A stretch of DNA of 64,000 bases. Source: Gemmatimonadales bacterium (GTDB lineage: Bacteria > Gemmatimonadota > Gemmatimonadetes > Gemmatimonadales > GWC2-71-9). The notes beneath the pieces are model-generated. The model saw only the letters and a list, made by a program, of their open reading frames with translations. It ran no database searches and had not been told where the DNA came from. Within the stretch, counting starts at the first letter, position 1. Each line of letters opens with the position of its first letter. The stretch is taken from assembly GCA_038321865.1 (NCBI GenBank), contig JBBQFH010000014.1:1-64000 (forward strand), in the 5' to 3' direction. The position numbers were made by a program, and so were the translations under genes. Positions 30,681-40,206 of the stretch are shown here, piece after piece.

Positions 30681-33089
30681 ATGAATCTCGAAAAGCTCAA
30701 GGATACGGCGCGCAAATTCGAGCAGAAGGAGGATTGGCGAAGGGCGATCGACGTCTACGTCAAAGCCATCCAGGAGTTCGAGTCCGGGCGGGAATCCGCA
30801 CCTGACCTCTCGCTCTACAATCGTGTCGGTGACCTCCATCTCAAGCTGAACGACCCCGCCGCGGCGCTGCGCTCCTACGAGCGTGCCGCCGATCTGTACG
30901 CGGACCAGGGGTTCCTCAACAACGCCATCGCGCTCTGCGGGAAGATTTTGCGGGTGAATCCCGGACGGGTGCAGACCTATCTCAAGCTGGCGCAGCTGCA
31001 CGCCCGGAAGAATGTTGTCATCGAGGCGAAGCGGAATCTGATCGAGTTCATCGAGCGCATGAACGCGCTGAACCAGCTCGATGACGCCTTCCGCTCGGTC
31101 AAGAGTTTTGCCGACCAGTTTTCGGGCAACCAGGATATTCGACTGATGCTGGTCGAGCTTCTGCGGGCGGCGTCCCGCGACGACGAGGCGCGAGAACAGC
31201 TCGAGAAGATGGCGGCCGATCTGGAGTCGCACGGCGACCGCGACGGGGCCCGGGCCACGCGCGAGCGGCTGCACGCGATCGACCTGGAGCTGCCCGACGA
31301 CATGCCCGCTCCGGCCGCGCGGGTGAAGAACGATCTGGTCTTCCTCGACACCGCGCCGGTGCCGGCCGCCGCCCGCGACGTCGCCCCCGCTCCCGGCCTG
31401 GAGCTGCCGCCCGAGCCGGAACCGGAGGTGCCGATCACCCCGGCTGAGGGATTCGTCCCGGCCGAGATGCTGGTGCTGGATGAGCCGGTGCAGCCGCTCG
31501 ACGTGATGGACGATGGCCTGATGGATCCGGAAGAGCTGGCGGACGACGCAGACATCGCGCCGATGGAGGATCTCGAGTCGGCGATCACGGCGCGCATCAC
31601 CGCAGAGGCCGCTCGCCCGCTTGACGGGCTCGTCCTCGATTCCGCGGCGGAGCTCGACTCGAGCGGCAGCGGTCTGGACGGGATGCTCCTGGCCGACGAA
31701 GACCTGGCGCTCGAGCAGGCCGCCCCCGGCGACCTCGAATTCGATCCCGCCCCCGGCCAGCGGATCGAGCTCGATGAACCGGCGAGCGGAGGCGACTTCG
31801 CGCTGGACTACTCCGGCCTCGGCGCGGAGTATCTGCCCGAAGGGGATGCGGCGATTCCGCTGGACGAATCGTTCGCCGCAGCCGAGCCCGAGGACGCCCT
31901 CTGGCACAGTCAGGCGGTGGAGGCCGACGCATCGGTGGAGCAGCCATCGGTCTCGTCCGAGCTCTCCTTCATCCAGGGTACCGGTCCCGATGAGCTCGCC
32001 GCGCCGACCGACGGCGCCGCGGCGTCGATCGAGGCGGCCGAGCCGGGCCCGAGCATTATCGACCTCGAAGAGGCGGTGCTCGACGATCCGCAGAACCCCG
32101 ATCACCACCGGGCGCTCGCCGACGCCCTCCTGACCAACGACGAAGCCGAGCGTGCGCGCGAGGAGTACGAGCTCGCCCTCGAAGGGTACGCGGCGGCGGA
32201 GGCGTGGGCAGACGCACTGGACGCGGTGGACGCCCTGATCTGGCTCGATCCGGAGAGCGTGCGCTATCACCAGAAGCGGGTCGAAATGGTCTTCCGGAGC
32301 GGAGACCGCACCCGGCTCGTCGAAGCCTACATCAGTCTGGGTGACACGCTCGCGCGCGAGGGTGCGGTGGATAAGGCGCTGGCCGTGTACGGGCGCGTCA
32401 TCGAGCATGAGCCGTCCAATGCGCACGCAGTCGCCGCGATGTCGGCGCTGCGGTCCGCGCCGCCGGAGGCTGCCGCTCCGTCCTCGCTCGCGCCACCCGC
32501 CGCGCCCCGCCGCGCCCCGCCAATCGACCGGCCAGCCGTAGCCGATCCGGCAGCGGCGGGCTTCGTTGACTTCGGCTCCATGGTGCTCGATCGTGGCGTC
32601 ACCCGCGACACCCGCATGCGGGTGGAATCCGAGCGGCCGACCGGGGACGAGCAGCGCGATTTCGAGCAGACGCTGGCGCAGTTCAAGCGCGGGATCGAGC
32701 AGAACATCGAAACCGACGACTTCCAGTCGCACTACGATCTCGGCGTCGCGTTCCGGGAGATGGGACTGCTCGACGAGGCGATCGCCGAGTTCCAGAAGGC
32801 GCTGCGGGCCCCCGAGGGGCGCCTGCGGACGTCCGAGGCGCTGGGCCTGACCTTCTTCGACAAGGGACAGTTCGCCATCGCCGAAACGATTCTGCGGCGG
32901 GCGGTCGATGCAGCAGACGGAGCGGAGGACGACAAGATCGGAGCCCTCTACTGGCTCGGCCGCTCCTGCGAGGCACAGGACAAGGCGGCGGAGGCGACCG
33001 CCAGCTACGAGCGCGCGCTGGCGGTAGACATCCGATTCCGCGATCTCGGTGAGCGCGTCCGGCGCCTCGGGGCGGCGCGACCGAAATGA
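30681..33089 (+). CDS. Large TPR protein with acidic low-complexity linker (SgmX/FimV-like architecture)
   Basis: N-terminal TPRs, Asp/Glu/Pro-rich middle, C-terminal SHYDLGVAFREMGLLDEAIAEFQKA TPR block. Confidence 0.75.
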   Translation: MNLEKLKDTARKFEQKEDWRRAIDVYVKAIQEFESGRESAPDLSLYNRVGDLHLKLNDPAAALRSYERAADLYADQGFLNNAIALCGKILRVNPGRVQTYLKLAQLHARKNVVIEAKRNLIEFIERMNALNQLDDAFRSVKSFADQFSGNQDIRLMLVELLRAASRDDEAREQLEKMAADLESHGDRDGARATRERLHAIDLELPDDMPAPAARVKNDLVFLDTAPVPAAARDVAPAPGLELPPEPEPEVPITPAEGFVPAEMLVLDEPVQPLDVMDDGLMDPEELADDADIAPMEDLESAITARITAEAARPLDGLVLDSAAELDSSGSGLDGMLLADEDLALEQAAPGDLEFDPAPGQRIELDEPASGGDFALDYSGLGAEYLPEGDAAIPLDESFAAAEPEDALWHSQAVEADASVEQPSVSSELSFIQGTGPDELAAPTDGAAASIEAAEPGPSIIDLEEAVLDDPQNPDHHRALADALLTNDEAERAREEYELALEGYAAAEAWADALDAVDALIWLDPESVRYHQKRVEMVFRSGDRTRLVEAYISLGDTLAREGAVDKALAVYGRVIEHEPSNAHAVAAMSALRSAPPEAAAPSSLAPPAAPRRAPPIDRPAVADPAAAGFVDFGSMVLDRGVTRDTRMRVESERPTGDEQRDFEQTLAQFKRGIEQNIETDDFQSHYDLGVAFREMGLLDEAIAEFQKALRAPEGRLRTSEALGLTFFDKGQFAIAETILRRAVDAADGAEDDKIGALYWLGRSCEAQDKAAEATASYERALAVDIRFRDLGERVRRLGAARPK

Positions 33090-34075
33090 GCTTCCAGACC
33101 GCGCCGGTGAACCTTGCCGATCTGCAGGCGCCGTTGCGGCACCGTCTCGAGCGTGCGCAGGCTGAGCTTCGGCGGATCGTGGACGCGGACTTCGGGCTCA
33201 TCACCGAGGTCAACGCCCATCTGTTCCAGATGCAGGGCAAGATGTTCCGCCCGACGCTGGTGCTCCTGGCTGACGAAGCCACCGGGGGGCCCGAGGCGCG
33301 CGCGGTCACGCTCGCGGCGGTGGTGGAGCTGATCCACCTGGCGACGCTGGTGCACGACGACTCGGTGGACCACTCGGTGCTCCGCCGCGGCATGCCGACG
33401 ATCAACTCGCTGTTCAGCCATCAGGTGTCGGTCATCATGGGCGACTACCTGTACTCGCGCGCGGTGATCGAGCTGGTCGGGCTGAACGACCTCGAGCCGC
33501 TGCGCGTGCTGAGCCGCGTGACGAACGAGATGACCGTCGGCGAGATGCGCCAGCTGCTGTCACACGACCCGCTGGCCTTCTCCGAGGAGCAGTATGACCT
33601 GCTGATCCGCTCGAAGACGGCGTCGCTCATCTCCGGGGCCTGCGAGGTCGGCGCCCTGCGGGCGGAACCGTCCGCGCGCGGCGCGGTGCGGCGCTACGGG
33701 GATGCGCTGGGCATGGTGTTTCAGATCGTGGACGACCTGCTGGACTACACCGAGGACGAGGCCGTCACCGGCAAGCCGTCCGGCCTCGATTTGCGGGAGC
33801 ACAAGGTGACGCTGCCGCTCATCGCCGCACTGCCCCGGATGAGTGAGGCGGGGCGGCGCGAGGTCGCGCGACTGATGCATGCGGAAGCGCCGAGCGAGGA
33901 TCAGATCGCCCGGGTGGTGACGCTGGTGGACGATGCCGGCGGGCTGGCCTACGCGCGGGAACGCGCCCAGAGCTTTGCCCAGCTGGCCGAAGCCGAACTG
34001 GACTCCCTCCCCCCCTCACCCGCGCGGGACGCGTTGCGGGCGAGTGTCACCTACGTCCTGGAGCGGCGGCGCTGA
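33086..34075 (+). CDS. ispB: Polyprenyl (octaprenyl) diphosphate synthase
   Basis: GKMFRP, LVHDDSVD...RRG, GDYL, KTA, FQIVDDLLD, DLREHKVTLP. Confidence 0.9.
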   Translation: MSFQTAPVNLADLQAPLRHRLERAQAELRRIVDADFGLITEVNAHLFQMQGKMFRPTLVLLADEATGGPEARAVTLAAVVELIHLATLVHDDSVDHSVLRRGMPTINSLFSHQVSVIMGDYLYSRAVIELVGLNDLEPLRVLSRVTNEMTVGEMRQLLSHDPLAFSEEQYDLLIRSKTASLISGACEVGALRAEPSARGAVRRYGDALGMVFQIVDDLLDYTEDEAVTGKPSGLDLREHKVTLPLIAALPRMSEAGRREVARLMHAEAPSEDQIARVVTLVDDAGGLAYARERAQSFAQLAEAELDSLPPSPARDALRASVTYVLERRR

Positions 34076-34347
34076 TGGCCAGCGGACCTCATCGACCCGG
34101 GTTCTACGCCGGCGTCCTCATCGTCGGCTTCATTGCCGGCGGCTTCCTGACCTTCTTCCTGCGCCAGTGGTTGCCGGACAGCGCGGCGAAGACCTTCTTC
34201 ACCAGTACATGGACCCCGACCTTCGGCCCTGTCTCCGCCGACCTGCTGGTGCTAAACTTCACCCTCGGCCCGGTCGGGCTGCACGTCTCGCTCCTGAGCC
34301 TCATCGGAGTGGTGCTGGCCTACCTGATCGCGCGTTCGCTCTTCTAG
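34075..34347 (+). CDS. Small membrane protein (DUF4321-like)
   Basis: Two hydrophobic segments with PVSADLLVLNFTLG...VSLLSLIGVVLA. Confidence 0.6.
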   Translation: MASGPHRPGFYAGVLIVGFIAGGFLTFFLRQWLPDSAAKTFFTSTWTPTFGPVSADLLVLNFTLGPVGLHVSLLSLIGVVLAYLIARSLF

Positions 34348-34356
34348 GAGGCATTT

Positions 34357-34617
34357 GTGGGCAACCTCGGGGTGTGGGAAATCCTGCTGATCATGGTGGT
34401 GGTGCTGCTCGTCTTCGGCGCCAAGCGGCTGCCGGAAGTCGGCGGCTCGATCGGCAAGGGAATTCGCGAATTCAAGCGCAGTCTCACCGACACGTCCGAC
34501 GCCATCATGAATCCGGACGACCAGCACCGCAGCCAGCTGCCGCCGCGGCAGGTGGATCAGATGTCGCAGCAGCCCTCTCCGCCGACCTCCGGCGAGCCGA
34601 AGCGGCTGTCACAGTAG
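34357..34617 (+). CDS. tatA: Twin-arginine translocase subunit TatA
   Basis: AGGAGG RBS. WEILLIMVVVLLVFGAKRLPEVGGSIGKGIREFK. Confidence 0.95.
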   Translation: MGNLGVWEILLIMVVVLLVFGAKRLPEVGGSIGKGIREFKRSLTDTSDAIMNPDDQHRSQLPPRQVDQMSQQPSPPTSGEPKRLSQ

Positions 34618-34635
34618 CGGCAGCGCAGCAACAGC

Positions 34636-34663
34636 AAACGGGCGCCCTCGCGGGCGCCCGTTT
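34636..34663. terminator. Bidirectional terminator between convergent tatA and surA/ppiD
   Basis: AAACGGGCGCCC-TCGC-GGGCGCCCGTTT. Confidence 0.85.
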
Positions 34664-34684
34664 CGTGTATGGTGCGCGGTTGGC

Positions 34685-36526
34685 TCAGGTGCGGACCGGT
34701 TGCTGCTGCTGGGCGCTCTGGGTGGTGCCCTGCCGCAGCACCTTGTCGCGGTTGTCCACGATCTTGGCCTGTGAGCGGAGTGCGGCGAGGTAGTTCCGGA
34801 TCCGCTCGTCGCGCATGTCCCGCACCGTCTTGGCGCGGAACTCGTCGAGGCCCTTCACGAACGCCGCCGAATCCGCCTTCACGTGTTCGAGGCTCTCGAC
34901 CACGTACAGCCCGTCCTTGGTCTCCAGGACGCCGCTCCGCTGGCCCTGCTGCAGCCCGAACGCGGTGCCGACCAGGAGCGGGATGTCGAGCGGTGGCGAG
35001 ATCCGCGAGAAGGGTCCGAATTCCTTGTGCGCGAGCCGCAGCGCCGTCGCCGCCTGGGCCGGCGTGCTCCCCTCCTTTACCCGCTTCAGATACTCCTCGG
35101 CGACGCCGCGTGCCCGGCTGCGCTTCTTCTGGTCGCGGACGGTGAACTCGACGGCCGGGCGGATCCGCGACAGCTCGGGCACGCCGGCGGGCTGCAGGCT
35201 GTCGAGGCGGAAGACGTATAGCGCTTCGGGCGTCTCGATCACCGGGCTCAGCTCCCCCGGCTTGGCCCGGAAGGCCCACACCCCGGCGTCGGGCACGACT
35301 GAGGTCCCGACCTGCGCCCGACTCCCCTTCAGCACGGGCGCCGTGCGGCCGATCGGCAACTTGAGCACGCGGGCCGCGCTGTCGAGCGCCGCACCGTCCG
35401 TCTGCGCGGAAGTGATCCGATCCAGGCTGTCGGTCAGGGCGTCGAGGGTGTCGCGATGGGCGCCGGCCACCTCGATCGGGATCAGGATGTGACGCCCCTT
35501 CGCCTTGTCGCCGGTGCGACTCGTCACCTCGATCAGGTGGTAGCCGAATTCAGTGCGTACCGGGGCCGACAGGGTGTTGAGCGGCATCGTAAAGGCGGCG
35601 GAATCGAACGCCGCGGCGAACTGCCCCTTGGTCCACTCGCCGAGATCGCCGCCGCGATTGCCCGAGACGGTGTCGGCGGATTCACGCTTGGCGACTTCGG
35701 CGAACGGCGCTCCACCCGAGATTTCCTGACGAATCCTGAGCGCGCGGTCGAGCGCCGCGGCGCTGTCGGCGGAATTGGCCGCGTGCGCCAGCCGCACGAA
35801 GCTCAGGTAGGCCGTTTCCGGGCGCTTGAACTCGTCCTGGTGAGCGCGGTAGTACGCATCGACTTCCTGCGGCGTGATGGTCACGCCGCTGTCGGGAATG
35901 ACGTTGCGCGGCACGATGGCGGTCAGGTCGATCTTCACCTGCTCGTGCTCGTCGCGGTAACGCTCCCAGAGCGCGGCGTCCGAGAGCACGACATCCGCGG
36001 TGACGATGCGCAGGAGCTTGTTACGCAGGATGACGTCGCGGTATTGCGCGCCGATGGCATCCACGTACGGGGTGGCGGCGCTCGACGTCAGCCACCGCTG
36101 ATACTTCGCCATGTCGAACTTGCCATCGGTCTGGAAATCCGGGGCCTGCTGGAACTGTTCCGGGGGATTGTTCTTCACCGCGTCGGCGAGCTCGTCCTTC
36201 GAGACCGACAGGTCGCGGCGTTTGAACTGGGACTCGAGGATGTTGGTCGCGAGAAACTCTTCCCAGGCCTGATCCCGGATCTGGTTCTGCTCCTCGAGCG
36301 TCAGTGCCGCCGGAGATGCCTTCTGCGCCTGCTCGGTAAGCTGGCTGACGCGTGTCTCGTAGGCTCTGGTCGTGATCTCCTGTCCGTTGATCTTCCCCAC
36401 CGTCCGGCCGCCGGACAGCCCCATGCTGTCACTGAGCCCGCTGACGGAGCCCAGCAGCCATACCAGGAGGATCACGGCAAAGAAAACCGCGACGACTTTC
36501 GTGCTGTTGCGGAACGCTTGCATCAT
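34685..36526 (-). CDS. PpiD/SurA-family peptidyl-prolyl isomerase chaperone
   Basis: N-terminal anchor, SurA_N (VGKINGQEI, FQTDGKFD), parvulin FAEVAKRESAD...GGDLG...VRTEFGYHLI. Confidence 0.88.
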   Translation of the reverse strand: MMQAFRNSTKVVAVFFAVILLVWLLGSVSGLSDSMGLSGGRTVGKINGQEITTRAYETRVSQLTEQAQKASPAALTLEEQNQIRDQAWEEFLATNILESQFKRRDLSVSKDELADAVKNNPPEQFQQAPDFQTDGKFDMAKYQRWLTSSAATPYVDAIGAQYRDVILRNKLLRIVTADVVLSDAALWERYRDEHEQVKIDLTAIVPRNVIPDSGVTITPQEVDAYYRAHQDEFKRPETAYLSFVRLAHAANSADSAAALDRALRIRQEISGGAPFAEVAKRESADTVSGNRGGDLGEWTKGQFAAAFDSAAFTMPLNTLSAPVRTEFGYHLIEVTSRTGDKAKGRHILIPIEVAGAHRDTLDALTDSLDRITSAQTDGAALDSAARVLKLPIGRTAPVLKGSRAQVGTSVVPDAGVWAFRAKPGELSPVIETPEALYVFRLDSLQPAGVPELSRIRPAVEFTVRDQKKRSRARGVAEEYLKRVKEGSTPAQAATALRLAHKEFGPFSRISPPLDIPLLVGTAFGLQQGQRSGVLETKDGLYVVESLEHVKADSAAFVKGLDEFRAKTVRDMRDERIRNYLAALRSQAKIVDNRDKVLRQGTTQSAQQQQPVRT

Positions 36527-36571
36527 ATGCGGGGCCCGAGACTCCGAAGCGATGGGGAAAAGCGAGTCGTA

Positions 36572-36600
36572 AGCTTAAGCGGGACAACAGGCAACCTCAA
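36572..36600 (-). promoter_or_regulatory. Putative sigma70 promoter of ppiD/surA
   Basis: Minus strand TTGAGG-17-TAAGCT. Confidence 0.5.
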
Positions 36601-36621
36601 GTCCGCCAGCGTATTCCGGAG

Positions 36622-36650
36622 TTGACACCGGGTGGCGGGCTCGCTAGTCT
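36622..36650 (+). promoter_or_regulatory. Putative sigma70 promoter of the TPR-aroQ-efp-acc operon
   Basis: TTGACA-17-TAGTCT. Confidence 0.65.
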
Positions 36651-36717
36651 GGGTGCACACGCCGCACCAATTCGGACCCCCGACTTGCTAACCGTTCTGA
36701 CCAGCACCGGGAACGCG

Positions 36718-38682
36718 ATGTCCACCAGCGAAATCGCCAAACTCGAGAGTCGTTGGCGGGAGAACCGGCAGGGGCTCACCTTTGCCCCGCTGGCCGAGGC
36801 GTACCGCAAGATGAAGGAGCCGCAGCGCGCCCTCGAGATCCTGGGCGAAGGACTCGCGCTTCATCCCGAGTATATCCCGGCGAGCATCGTGCTGGGCCGG
36901 TGCCATCTGGATCTCGGAGACGACGTGGCCGCCGAGACCGCGTTTCTGCGCGTCCTGACACTCGACGCGGAAAACGTGATCGCCCTCAAGGCGCTCGCCG
37001 AGATCACCGAGCGCAATGCGCGTTTCGGCGAGGCGGAGAACTGGCTCAGGCAACTCCTCACGATCGATCGGAGCAACGACGAGGCTCGCGGTCAGCTGGC
37101 CCGCGTGGACGAAGGCCGCCGCCGGGCCGAAGCCGACACGGTTGCCGGCGTCCCGGACGGCGAACCTCCGGAGCCGCTGCATGCCAGCGATGCCGAAGCT
37201 TCCGGCAGCACCGACGACGAAGTCGAGCTCGCCGAACTACCCGCAGCGCACCCGCAGCACGTGCAGCCGGAGCCCGTCGACGAACCGGTTGCCGAGCACG
37301 AGCCGCTCGGCTCGTTCGACGTGGCGGCACCGAATCTCGCGGCGGAACAGTCCACGGCACATCACGAGGACCCACTGCCGACCGGGGCGGACCGGTGGAC
37401 CGGCAACGAGGCCGTCGACGCGTCCCTGCTCGATGTGGCGACTCCCGTGGCCCCCGGCCTGGACGTCCATCAGTTCGAGGTCGGTGATATCAGCCCAACC
37501 GACGACCGCAGCGCGATCGGACTTGAGATCGTCCATGAGGACGAGGCGGCTGCTCCCATCGCCGATGCCGAGCTCCGGTCGGCCGGGGTGAGTGAATTCC
37601 AGATACTGAGCGACGCCGACGAGCTCGGGCTCGGGGCGCTGGAGGCCCGGTCCGAGGCATCCGATTACCAGAGTCCCGACGCCGCCGCCGATCTCGCGCT
37701 GCAGGCGCAGGAGGGACCGCGCACGTCGGAGTATCAGGGTGCCGATGCGGCAGCCGATCTCGCGGGCGGCACGTATGGCTTTGGCTCCGCGTCGGACCCG
37801 GAAGTGACTGAGGAGTATCCGCTGCGCGGTGAGGCCGACAGCGCAGGCCAGAACTCGGAGCCCGAGGCCGATGCGGGCACCGACGAGGACTCCGACATCA
37901 CGCAGGAAATGGCGACATCGCTCGGCGCCTATGCGGCCTGGACCGAGCCTGTGGCCGAGCGTGAATCGATCGCGATGGAGCAGACCGGCCTGGACCCGTC
38001 ACCCGCATCGGTGCCCACGACCGAACCGCCAGCCGTGGTCGCGGGCGAGGAGAGTGACGCCGATGAGCCGAGCGCCGAGACTGCCGGAACGGTGGAGCCG
38101 CATCTGGTCGTCACGGAGTCGATGGCAGAGCTCTATCTGCGCCAGGGACATCATTCGGAAGCCCTCACCATCTACCGCGAGTTGTATCTCCGCCGGCCCG
38201 ATGATCTGCGCCTTCGGGAAAAGGTCGACCAGCTCGAAACCGCGGAAGCAGCTGCTGAATCGGGCGAGGCCGAGCCGGCTGGTTACTCTGCCGCCGACAC
38301 GGGTGGCCAGTCGGTGACGACACTGTTCCAGCAGCTGCTGGCCGGCCGTCCGGCACCTGCGGGCGGACGGGCAGTGCCCCATCCGGCCGGCGCACAGCCG
38401 TCGGCGAGCCGTAACACCTCCGCGGCACCGGCCGGCGCCGGGGAGCCGACACGGCCGGCTGATGACCGGTTGTCGCTCAGCTCGGTGTTCGGCGACGACA
38501 CCTCACCGGTGCCGCCGGCCGTTCCGGGCGGACCAGTCGGCCCGGCGCCGACCGACGGTATCTCGTTCGACGACTTCTTCGAGGCACCAGCGACCGCGGA
38601 GCCGACCACCCGCCGCCCGTCCGCACGTCAGGATGACGACCTCGACCAATTTCACGCCTGGCTGCAGAATCTGAAACGCTGA
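36718..38682 (+). CDS. TPR protein with long acidic disordered region
   Basis: FAPLAEAYRK N-terminal TPRs, acidic linker, VVTESMAELYLRQGH TPR, terminal DDDLDQFHAWLQNLKR. Confidence 0.75.
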   Translation: MSTSEIAKLESRWRENRQGLTFAPLAEAYRKMKEPQRALEILGEGLALHPEYIPASIVLGRCHLDLGDDVAAETAFLRVLTLDAENVIALKALAEITERNARFGEAENWLRQLLTIDRSNDEARGQLARVDEGRRRAEADTVAGVPDGEPPEPLHASDAEASGSTDDEVELAELPAAHPQHVQPEPVDEPVAEHEPLGSFDVAAPNLAAEQSTAHHEDPLPTGADRWTGNEAVDASLLDVATPVAPGLDVHQFEVGDISPTDDRSAIGLEIVHEDEAAAPIADAELRSAGVSEFQILSDADELGLGALEARSEASDYQSPDAAADLALQAQEGPRTSEYQGADAAADLAGGTYGFGSASDPEVTEEYPLRGEADSAGQNSEPEADAGTDEDSDITQEMATSLGAYAAWTEPVAERESIAMEQTGLDPSPASVPTTEPPAVVAGEESDADEPSAETAGTVEPHLVVTESMAELYLRQGHHSEALTIYRELYLRRPDDLRLREKVDQLETAEAAAESGEAEPAGYSAADTGGQSVTTLFQQLLAGRPAPAGGRAVPHPAGAQPSASRNTSAAPAGAGEPTRPADDRLSLSSVFGDDTSPVPPAVPGGPVGPAPTDGISFDDFFEAPATAEPTTRRPSARQDDDLDQFHAWLQNLKR

Positions 38683-39120
38683 ATGCGGATCGCCGTCCTG
38701 AACGGCCCCAATCTCGATCTGCTCGGCCAGCGGGAGCCCGCCGTATACGGCCGCGCCACCCTGGCAGACATCGAAGCCAGCGTGCGCGCTGCCGCCGCCG
38801 CACACGACGCCGAGATCGAGTGGTTTCAGTCCAATCATGAAGGTGAGTTGATCGAAGCGGTTCACCAGATGCCCGGGCGGGTCGACGGCGCGCTCATCAA
38901 CGCCGCCGCCTTCACCCATACGAGCCTGGCGCTCCGTGACGCGCTGATGGCGGCGCCGACGCCATTCATCGAAGTGCATCTGTCCAACATCTTTGCGCGG
39001 GAGCCGGCGAGGCGGCACTCACTGCTGGCGGATCTTGCGCTCGGGGTCGTGTGCGGGTTCGGCGCCCGGAGCTACCTGCTGGCGCTCGAGGCACTCGTCG
39101 CCGGCCTTCGTGACGCCTGA
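38683..39120 (+). CDS. aroQ: Type II 3-dehydroquinate dehydratase
   Basis: LNGPNLDLLGQREPAVYG, QSNHEG, HTSLALRDA, EVHLSNIFAREP. Confidence 0.96.
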   Translation: MRIAVLNGPNLDLLGQREPAVYGRATLADIEASVRAAAAAHDAEIEWFQSNHEGELIEAVHQMPGRVDGALINAAAFTHTSLALRDALMAAPTPFIEVHLSNIFAREPARRHSLLADLALGVVCGFGARSYLLALEALVAGLRDA

Positions 39121-40198
39121 CCGGCGGCCCGACCGCCAGGCCGCGGTCCGGGTCGCGCTCGAACAGGAGGGCCTCGATGCCCTCCTGGTGACGCACCTGC
39201 CCAATATCCGGTACCTGACCGGTTTCACCGGCACCGCCGCCTTGCTGCTCGTGGCCCGCGATCAGACGTATTTCGTTTCCGACTTCCGCTACGCCGCGCA
39301 GGCGATGCAGGAGATCGGTAATTCCGCCGCGGTCGAAATCGACCCGACGAGTGTCTGGACCCGCCTCGGCCGAATCATCGCCTCGGCCGCGGTGACCGTG
39401 GTCGGCGTCGAATCTCACGTGCTCACCCTGCGGGATGCCGAGCGCCTCGGCGGGTTTCCGCGGGTTCGTGTCGCCGGCACCAGTGATATCGTCGAACGCC
39501 TGCGGGCGATCAAGGTGCCGGAAGAGGTCGCGGCGATCCGGTCCGCCGCGGAGCTGGGGCAGGACGCCCTGAACGAGATTCTGGCGGGTGTCGCCGTCGG
39601 GCAGACGGAGCAGGCGGTGGGCGCCCGGCTCGAGGAGGCGCTCAGGCGCCGCGGCAGTGAATGGCACCCGTTCCCGACCATCGTCGCGTCGGGCGCCCGC
39701 GCCGCGCTGCCCCACGCGCACACGAGCGCGCGGGCCATCGGCCGCGGCGAGTGGCTGCTGCTTGACTTCGGGGCGCAGGTGGACGGATACTGCGCCGATC
39801 TGACCCGAACGGTCGTGGTCGGCGCCCGGGCGGACAGCCGCCAGCGGCTGGTGTACGACACTGTCCGCTCGGCCCAGAGCCGCGCCATCGCGGGGATCCG
39901 CGCCGGCATGAGTGGGCGTGACGCCGACGCACTGGCCCGCGAAGTCATTGCGGGGCAGGGCTATGGAGATGCCTTCGGGCATTCGCTGGGGCACGGCCTG
40001 GGCCTGGAGGTGCATGAGGCACCGCGGCTGTCCCAGACGGCGGACGCCCTCCTGCCGGCCCATGCGGTAGTCACAGTCGAGCCGGGCATCTATCTTCCGG
40101 GCTGGGGCGGCGTTCGCCTCGAGGACGACGTCTACCTCGGGCCGGACGCCCCCGTGTGCCTGTCCGACAATCGGACCGAGCTGATCGAACTCTTGTAG
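39110..40198 (+). CDS. Xaa-Pro aminopeptidase (M24 family)
   Basis: NIRYLTGFTG, LLDFGA, YCADLTRT, HSLGHGLGLEVHE, VEPGIY, GVRLEDD. Confidence 0.93.
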   Translation: MTPDRRPDRQAAVRVALEQEGLDALLVTHLPNIRYLTGFTGTAALLLVARDQTYFVSDFRYAAQAMQEIGNSAAVEIDPTSVWTRLGRIIASAAVTVVGVESHVLTLRDAERLGGFPRVRVAGTSDIVERLRAIKVPEEVAAIRSAAELGQDALNEILAGVAVGQTEQAVGARLEEALRRRGSEWHPFPTIVASGARAALPHAHTSARAIGRGEWLLLDFGAQVDGYCADLTRTVVVGARADSRQRLVYDTVRSAQSRAIAGIRAGMSGRDADALAREVIAGQGYGDAFGHSLGHGLGLEVHEAPRLSQTADALLPAHAVVTVEPGIYLPGWGGVRLEDDVYLGPDAPVCLSDNRTELIELL

Positions 40199-40206
40199 GA
40201 GCGACT

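Noticed and set aside
18427..34663. Three GC hairpins sharing a TCGC/GCGA loop (18427, 19853, 34636) as a REP-like repeat family
   Set aside because: The stems differ in sequence and each follows a stop codon. Ordinary terminators with stable loops are sufficient explanation.
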